Below, one piece after another: positions 57,932-64,000 of a stretch of DNA of 64,000 nt; the first letter of the stretch is position 1, and the number at the start of each line of letters is the position of its first letter. Below the pieces are notes generated by a model that was not told the origin of the DNA, searched no databases, and saw nothing but the letters and a program-made list of their open reading frames with translations. The position numbers were made by a program, and so were the translations under genes. The DNA lies in the NCBI GenBank assembly GCA_031413715.1, contig JANOFO010000003.1, positions 11,047-75,046 on the forward strand, written 5' to 3'. Source of the stretch: Minisyncoccota bacterium (GTDB taxonomy: Bacteria; Patescibacteriota; Minisyncoccia; Phycocordibacterales; UBA9973).

Positions 57932-59578
57932 ATGAGAAAACTCAAATATATTTTATTTTTCATTCTATCTTTCTATGCCATTAACAACGCGGAGGCGCTT
58001 CAAGTAGAGTACAGTACGACGCTCGGTGTGAAGGGGTCAGATATCTTGATACAATACGCGGATATTGGCAAGAAGCAAAATTACATCTGTAATACTGTCA
58101 CAAGCAAATGCTCTTCAACAAAAAAGACAACGCTTGGTGTCACTCCGAATCTCGCGCTCAAGCCCGAACTTAAAAATGAACTCAGAGAAAAGGGTGCAAG
58201 TCATATCACACTCTCGCCTTCCAAGAATTTCCTGGCATACTATATTGATGGCACAGATAGTGCTCCGAATCGCATGTATACCCTCAGAGATATGAATACC
58301 GGAAAAGAATATACTATCTCAAGTAGTGTGTCGTATTGGGATCTCGTCGCTGATCAGGCTCGTGTGTTTGATTTCTCGCCAGATGATAAGAAACTTATAT
58401 ACCTCGATGATCGAGAAGGTACACTTGCGCTCTACATGGTAGATACAACTATCCTTTCAGATTCTGAAATCACAAGCACGAAACTTGCAACAAGCGCGTA
58501 TCAAGCTGACGATTTTATTTTCACTGATAACCAGACCTTGTATTATATCGGCAACAGTAAAGACAATAAATATATCTGGTCACTTTATCGCTTTAATCTA
58601 ACAACAGGAAAAGATGTTGCCCTTCAAACTGGAGTATCATACGTGGATCCACTCAAGAAAGTCGGTAAGATGCTGGTATTTAACCGTCTCTTCTCGAGAG
58701 GCTACAGTCCGGAGATGTATAATACCAGCACCAAGAAAATCGTAGAGTTCAAGATCCCAAATAAAAGTACAAAGAAAAACCTGACAACAGAGGAAATCAT
58801 AACATCAGGCACTGCGACCGGAGTTCTCATGAAGCCAACATCGAAAGACACGACAAAGTCATTCCCGCTCGTCATCTGGCTACACGGTGGACCATATCGA
58901 CAAACAAGTTACGGATATCATCCGTATCATAGTTATGGTATATATGATTCAATTCTGGAATTACTTCGGAAAGATAATGTCATTGTGCTCAAGCTCGACT
59001 ATCGGGGCAGCTTCGGCTTCGGCCGAAGCTTTGCTGAAGACATCAAAGGCTCAGTTGGTAAGGGTGACGTACAGGATGTAATGGATGCTATCGCATATGC
59101 AAAGAATCGTTATCATGTAAGCAATGTTTATCTAGCAGGCAATAGTTATGGAGGATACCTAGCACTCAGTACACTTGTCCAACATCCAGAACCTCTCACC
59201 GGAGTGATATCTATAAACGGAGTGACCGACTGGGAAAGTTTGCTTGTAAAAATGCAAACATCGATATTCAATACCGAATTCAATGGTTTACCCATCGAGG
59301 GTAATCGCGTTTTATACGATCAAGCTTCTATATACAACAAGATAAACAATATAGGTAATCAGAAAATATCCATCGTAGCAGGAGTATCTGATAGGACGAT
59401 CCCCTATTGGCAAGCGACCGACCTTAACGACAAATTAAAAGCTGCTGGAAAAAATGTAACACTCATCTCATACGAGAATGAGGATCATGTATATAAAGAA
59501 AAGAAAACTATTCAAAACTTGTGCAAACAGATGTTTGCCTTTGTTGAAATACCAGTAGACAAAGAATGTAATAAATAA
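57932..59578 (+). CDS. Secreted S9 family peptidase (propeller plus alpha/beta hydrolase)
   Basis: Signal peptide; WLHGGP, DYRGSFGFG, GNSYGG, D and H of the triad (SDRTIP, EDHVY). Confidence 0.88.
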   Translation: MRKLKYILFFILSFYAINNAEALQVEYSTTLGVKGSDILIQYADIGKKQNYICNTVTSKCSSTKKTTLGVTPNLALKPELKNELREKGASHITLSPSKNFLAYYIDGTDSAPNRMYTLRDMNTGKEYTISSSVSYWDLVADQARVFDFSPDDKKLIYLDDREGTLALYMVDTTILSDSEITSTKLATSAYQADDFIFTDNQTLYYIGNSKDNKYIWSLYRFNLTTGKDVALQTGVSYVDPLKKVGKMLVFNRLFSRGYSPEMYNTSTKKIVEFKIPNKSTKKNLTTEEIITSGTATGVLMKPTSKDTTKSFPLVIWLHGGPYRQTSYGYHPYHSYGIYDSILELLRKDNVIVLKLDYRGSFGFGRSFAEDIKGSVGKGDVQDVMDAIAYAKNRYHVSNVYLAGNSYGGYLALSTLVQHPEPLTGVISINGVTDWESLLVKMQTSIFNTEFNGLPIEGNRVLYDQASIYNKINNIGNQKISIVAGVSDRTIPYWQATDLNDKLKAAGKNVTLISYENEDHVYKEKKTIQNLCKQMFAFVEIPVDKECNK

Positions 59579-59580
59579 AA

Positions 59581-59952
59581 CTATTTCAAAAGAGATTTCA
59601 CGTTCTCAATATCAAGCCCTATCTGCAGAGCCAGATCCTCGACGTTCGTGAACTTTTTTATACCCCGCAGTCGAGATACGATATTAATTTCTATAGGAAT
59701 ATCTTGAGTATTGGGAACATTATCATCGGTAAAATCAAGAAGGTGAACTTCCATAGTTTTCTCTTTCTGATCGAATGTCGGTATAGCTCCGAAGTGGAGT
59801 GCGCCTTTGTATGTGGCATCACCGATCGTGATCCACGCTGCGTAAATACCCTGCTCGAGAGCAAGATCTATGGGAACGACCAAATTGATCGTCGGAAACC
59901 CGATCTTGTGCCCGCGGCCTTCGCCTCTAATTTGCCGAGACGTGAACTGCAT
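59581..59952 (-). CDS. Stand-alone riboflavin kinase
   Basis: GEGRGHKIGFPTIN, GIYA, G..PTF, EVHLLDF, LR..KKF; no FMN adenylyltransferase domain. Confidence 0.92.
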   Translation of the reverse strand: MQFTSRQIRGEGRGHKIGFPTINLVVPIDLALEQGIYAAWITIGDATYKGALHFGAIPTFDQKEKTMEVHLLDFTDDNVPNTQDIPIEINIVSRLRGIKKFTNVEDLALQIGLDIENVKSLLK

Positions 59953-60856
59953 CAGATTGCAAGTGAGCTATTTTATATATTGCGAATGATAATATAAAAG
60001 CAGCAAAAAACTGAGACGCTGCAAGTGTCGTGTGATAAAGCGTCATATCAATGAAAATAGCGATAAACGGAAATGTGAGCTCGAGCATAGTTGAAATGTG
60101 CACGGGGGTTTTCTTGAGGCCTTTATAGTAAATGAGAAGAGCAACCATACCCGTCGAGACTGCGATAAGCGCAAAGAGTCCAAACTGGGGCGGGGTCGGT
60201 AGAGAAAGTGAAGAGCCGTAGCCAAATATAATAATCACTATAAATGCGATAATGCTCGTTATGAGGAATCGGTAAAAGGTACTTGTCTTCGATGAGACGT
60301 TGGTAAGAATCATTTTAGAAAATGTAGTCGATGTACCCCACGCAAAAGCTGCACCGAGAGCATAGAGTGCAGCTATAACTGTATCTGTGCCGGTAGTCAG
60401 ATTCACTACTCCATTCTTGAATGTCACAAAGTAAGCAGCCAAGATTGCAAGGAGAGCCCATCTTATATATCTCCTATCTGGCTTTTCTTTTAGAAAGATG
60501 GAGGCCGAACTGATAGCAAACACAGGTTGTAATTTCTGAAGCAAAAAGACAACAGAGAAAGAAATAAAGTGAACCTTGAGTAGTGCCGTCGTAAACCAAA
60601 GCGTCCCGAGCAAACCGCTCAAAACTGCTACAAGCAAGAGTAGCCAGGCCTCTCTCTTGCCAATCCTCTCCTTGAGTACACTGCCAAGGAAAAAGGGAGT
60701 CATGATCAAAAGCCCGATAGCGTGTTCAAAGAATATGATTGTGATAGGAGGCAGACTGTAGAGATACCTACGTATAACACCGTCAAATGCCCAAAGCAGA
60801 GCTGCTATTATAATCAGTAGCGGACCGCTTGCACCTATCCTTTGTAATCTTGCCAT
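59927..60856 (-). CDS. DMT/EamA family transporter
   Basis: About 10 TM segments; LQKLQPVFAI...IFLKE, YYKGLK. Confidence 0.9.
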   Translation of the reverse strand: MARLQRIGASGPLLIIIAALLWAFDGVIRRYLYSLPPITIIFFEHAIGLLIMTPFFLGSVLKERIGKREAWLLLLVAVLSGLLGTLWFTTALLKVHFISFSVVFLLQKLQPVFAISSASIFLKEKPDRRYIRWALLAILAAYFVTFKNGVVNLTTGTDTVIAALYALGAAFAWGTSTTFSKMILTNVSSKTSTFYRFLITSIIAFIVIIIFGYGSSLSLPTPPQFGLFALIAVSTGMVALLIYYKGLKKTPVHISTMLELTFPFIAIFIDMTLYHTTLAASQFFAAFILSFAIYKIAHLQSDAVHVSAN

Positions 60857-60962
60857 ATGACCAATAGTATACTAGGTTTTATGCTTTAAAGAAACCTAGA
60901 TAGGAATAAAGCTCATATTTGATATAATGTATAAACAATTAATAATAAATATAAACAAAAAA

Positions 60963-61646
60963 ATGGGATTTGAAAATTTTAAAAAAATGTTTGGTATTAC
61001 CGCAGCAATATCAACAGGAATTGCTGCTAACGCTGACGATAATAATAAAAAGGCTGACGCGATTTTCGCTAATCCAGATGCTAAAAAAATAGAGATATCA
61101 GTTGATAGTCCGAAGGATTCGACAAAAAATACAGGTGAAGAAGACCCTATAAACACTTTAAAGCCTGGAGAAAAGTTTAGACAAGTACCCGTCAATATGG
61201 AGCTCGGTGGGATCAAAGCTGAAGGAATGATACTTATCCCTATGCCAGGTGACACAACTAAAAACTATTACTTGATCAAATTCTCTGGAGAAGGTGAAAA
61301 CTTAATAGGAAAGATACTGGCAGCACTCAAAGCTTTAAATCTTAAACCTGGTTCTGGTGAATTACTTAAATATATAAATGATGAAGCCTTTAGAAAGGCT
61401 GGGAAGAGTGTTATGGCTATAGATAAGATTTATACGGAAGCAGAGAATCTAGGACAAAATCAATTTGTCCTAGTTAACGAAAACAGAACCGTAATGATCC
61501 TAAATGCCCTTAAAAATATACAAACTACAGAAATTAGATCTATGACGCAATATGGAACAACAATAGATTATGCAATTTTTGTAACTGGTGAAAAAAATAA
61601 AAGTAGTAGCCCAAATAACGGAGACTATGTAAGTACGAATAAATAA
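60963..61646 (+). CDS. Hypothetical secreted protein
   Basis: Signal-peptide-like FKKMFGITAAISTGIAANA; own terminator at 61660-61688. Confidence 0.6.
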   Translation: MGFENFKKMFGITAAISTGIAANADDNNKKADAIFANPDAKKIEISVDSPKDSTKNTGEEDPINTLKPGEKFRQVPVNMELGGIKAEGMILIPMPGDTTKNYYLIKFSGEGENLIGKILAALKALNLKPGSGELLKYINDEAFRKAGKSVMAIDKIYTEAENLGQNQFVLVNENRTVMILNALKNIQTTEIRSMTQYGTTIDYAIFVTGEKNKSSSPNNGDYVSTNK

Positions 61647-61659
61647 ATATTGTCAGTTA

Positions 61660-61688
61660 AAAACACCCTAAATCCATTGGGGTGTTTT
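61660..61688 (+). terminator. Intrinsic terminator
   Basis: AAAACACCC...GGGTGTTTT. Confidence 0.7.
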
Positions 61689-61853
61689 CGTTTTAAACCA
61701 TGGAATACTTGACTTTTTAGACAAAAAGTTTTAAGGTGGCGTAAGTTTTAGCTCTTTAAAACAATTGGTTTTACATATTAGGTAAAGAACTTTGCACTTC
61801 TATAAGTACAGGAGCGTATAGCTTTTTACCTAACAATTTAAAAAAACCAAACA

Positions 61854-62708
61854 ATGAAAAAGATTATTAGTATAATCGCAGCTTCAATAATAGGAGTAAG
61901 CGCTGTTTCTGGACAAAATTTTGAGAACTATTTTACAAACGGTGAATTAAAAGCCGCTTATGCCGAGAAAGAGCAGGGATCCGGCAGCACAAGTATTGAT
62001 CTGACATGGAAAACCCTTTACGGTCCTATTTCCTTCCAGGTAATGGCAACCAGTGGCCCGAGCATGTCTGTGTCCCATTTAGGATGTACGAGTATCCGCG
62101 GCTACAGTACTACGAACGGACAGCCGTGTACAAATTACCGTCCCTACCCTCAATTCATTTCTGTAAGTTTGGGCGGCGGAGGTATGAAACATTTCAAAAA
62201 CAAAAAGGTAGTTATCTGGCAGGTTGGTGCCACCGGGTTATTATCCCCTAAGAAAACATCTCCTTCCAAAAATACTGAGTGGTTCTGGGGAGGAAATGCA
62301 GGAGCAACATTCAGGAACGAAAAAGAAAAAAGGAATTATGAATTAGGTGTAAGTGTTATGCATGTCACTCAGCCGAAAGATTCGGTCGGTGCAACAAAGC
62401 GTAGCATAACCGTAGCAAACGCAGATGGAGTAAAATATCTGGGTGATATATTTGGCATAGGGATATCTTCCAGAGTGGAAATATTTTATGCAAAAAAAAT
62501 GTCATTCAAGGACATACAGATCCGGACAGATATAAACCCCTTTATCGCCTTGAAGCTTAAATCCAAACCCTGGGCATTCAGAGCCGGCGTTGAAATCAGG
62601 CGCATAAATAACATAGCCACTGGTTTCTCATCAAGAGGCCGCTATGAGAAGCCAGCCGGAACAGTAAGTGTACTACTTACTATTCAATCAAAAACAAAAA
62701 AACGTTAA
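61854..62708 (+). CDS. Secreted beta-strand-rich protein, weakly PorP/SprF-like
   Basis: Signal peptide; amphipathic strands; GGNAGATFRN...YELGVSVMHVTQPKDS. Confidence 0.5.
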   Translation: MKKIISIIAASIIGVSAVSGQNFENYFTNGELKAAYAEKEQGSGSTSIDLTWKTLYGPISFQVMATSGPSMSVSHLGCTSIRGYSTTNGQPCTNYRPYPQFISVSLGGGGMKHFKNKKVVIWQVGATGLLSPKKTSPSKNTEWFWGGNAGATFRNEKEKRNYELGVSVMHVTQPKDSVGATKRSITVANADGVKYLGDIFGIGISSRVEIFYAKKMSFKDIQIRTDINPFIALKLKSKPWAFRAGVEIRRINNIATGFSSRGRYEKPAGTVSVLLTIQSKTKKR

Positions 62709-62712
62709 AAAC

Positions 62713-62751
62713 AAATAGGGATTCTGCTCATTAGTGGAATCCCTATTTTTT
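62713..62751. terminator. Terminator between convergent genes
   Basis: AAATAGGGATTC...GAATCCCTATTTTTT. Confidence 0.8.
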
Positions 62752-62771
62752 GGGATAATAATTGAGATTAT

Positions 62772-63116
62772 TTATTCTTTTTCCTTAAACTCTACAGTTC
62801 GAATATTCTCTACTGTTTTGTTTACTACTTTCTTGGTTGTTCGGCTTAATGCTTTGGTGAGTTTGTATATGACAAGTCCGATGAAGTAGGAACCGAGGAG
62901 TCCTACAAAGAAAATAATTTTGAAGAACAGATATGGACCGCCCAAAAAGTTTGTAAATGCGAGCATAAACAAGAAAGCAAGCCCGAGGATAATAAATATG
63001 AGGGGTAAGATTATTGTTCCTACAACTAGGTCGCGAAGCTGTGATCCAGCAAAACCTCCTGGGTTTTCTTTGGCTTCCTTAATATTGTTTCTAATTTGGA
63101 ATATTTTAAAAATCAT
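62772..63116 (-). CDS. Small membrane protein
   Basis: Two TM helices. Confidence 0.65.
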   Translation of the reverse strand: MIFKIFQIRNNIKEAKENPGGFAGSQLRDLVVGTIILPLIFIILGLAFLFMLAFTNFLGGPYLFFKIIFFVGLLGSYFIGLVIYKLTKALSRTTKKVVNKTVENIRTVEFKEKE

Positions 63117-63179
63117 AGGTGTATTATATCAGACTTAAGAGCACTTCATAAATCGGCATTAAAGAGTATAATTAAATGT

Positions 63180-63704
63180 ATGAGAACAATACATTCATCA
63201 CAAAAAAATAGAGGTGTGTCAGGTATAGATATTACAATTGTTTTAGGTATTATAGCTATATTAATTACACTCTCGTTTAGTTCTAGTCGGTCAATGGGTT
63301 ATAAAACCTGGATAAATAAGGAGTCAAATTACAAGCAAGCGGATACAATAAACCAAGGCTATATACCTCCACCGCCATATAGTCCCCCTACTACTAACAC
63401 AACACCGGTTATCACACTTTATGGCGATAACCCCTATCAAATTTTTCATCCTGGAACCATACCAACTTGTGATCCGCCAGATAGCTGTCCTCCTCCTCGT
63501 ACCGATATATACAAAGAACCCGGTTACAAAGCATACGACAAAGAAGATGGCGATATAACTAGAAATGTTGTTGTTGAAGATGAGATCATGGATACTGCAG
63601 TTATGAACCCATGTCACCAGTGGAACAAAAAGTATACAGTGAGAGACTCTAAAAACAACACTGTAGCCGTTCGTCGATCTATCAATGAATGCAATGGCAT
63701 GTAA
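63180..63704 (+). CDS. Prepilin-like N-terminus plus DUF5011/Ig-like domain protein
   Basis: KNRG-VSGIDITIVLGIIAILITLSF; PVITLYGDNP...EPGYKAYDKEDGDIT...YTVRDS. Confidence 0.7.
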   Translation: MRTIHSSQKNRGVSGIDITIVLGIIAILITLSFSSSRSMGYKTWINKESNYKQADTINQGYIPPPPYSPPTTNTTPVITLYGDNPYQIFHPGTIPTCDPPDSCPPPRTDIYKEPGYKAYDKEDGDITRNVVVEDEIMDTAVMNPCHQWNKKYTVRDSKNNTVAVRRSINECNGM

Positions 63705-63708
63705 ATAC

Positions 63709-63750
63709 AAATTAAAAACTCTCCGACCTGGGTCGGAGAGTTTTTAATTT
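63709..63750. terminator. Bidirectional terminator
   Basis: AAATTAAAAACTCTCCGACC-TG-GGTCGGAGAGTTTTTAATTT. Confidence 0.88.
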
Positions 63751-63758
63751 AAGCAATA

Positions 63759-64000
63759 TTAAGGCTTAACCAAGAACCACATTCCACCAAAGTTTTGACC
63801 TTTTGTATCCCCTTCCAAAGTGTCATTTTTGTAGGTGTATAGAGGCATACCATTGTATGTGAGATGTTTAGTACCATCAGAGCGACTAATCACTGAGAAG
63901 TCCCCTGTAGCACCCGCACCCGCTATGAGCGATGTACCAGCTGTCGTAGTATGAGGTATCCAAGTCGCCGCACAAGTACCAGAACAATTACTTACGCCTT
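63759..64000 (-). CDS. Secreted repeat lipoprotein (COG4315/Lipoprotein_15-like), partial
   Basis: Manual translation: SNCSGTCAATWIP...RSDGTKHLTYNGMPLYTYKND..EGDTKGQNFGGMWFLVKP*. Confidence 0.8.
   Translation of the reverse strand, partial: GVSNCSGTCAATWIPHTTTAGTSLIAGAGATGDFSVISRSDGTKHLTYNGMPLYTYKNDTLEGDTKGQNFGGMWFLVKP

Overview
64-kb chromosomal window of an AT-rich, genetic-code-11 bacterium. Gene content and style (short IF2, class-II alpha2 GlyRS, type-2 IleRS with an inserted domain, ThyX, truncated Rel, many apparently leaderless genes) suggest a Patescibacteria/CPR (Parcubacteria-like) genome; this assignment is inference. Most of the window is housekeeping: serS, dprA, topA, rel, parB, clpB, iscS, infB, rbfA, secG, rnj, rpsF-ssb-rpsR, metG, glyS, recO, ileS, argS, three tRNAs, and a ~10-kb dNTP synthesis/sanitation cluster (dut, tmk, thyX, dcd, glyA, PNP, several Nudix and CYTH genes). 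No CRISPR array, integrase or transposase was seen. The most interesting signals are small and non-annotated. (1) A Met/Cys-rich leaderless 25-aa leader peptide with a trp-like 1:2/2:3/3:4 attenuator lies in front of a SAM-hydrolase (DUF62) gene. (2) A PaaX/Cas2-like gene is bracketed by two co-varying 34-bp 13-8-13 palindromes. (3) Structured elements behind tRNA-Tyr and tRNA-Cys carry antisense copies tailored to their own tRNA. (4) Several families of tiny palindromic elements are inserted in frame into topA, infB, rlu and iscS, and into an ultrashort ileS T-box; a MITE-like element sits on the topA start codon. (5) A switch-like uORF leader precedes glyA.
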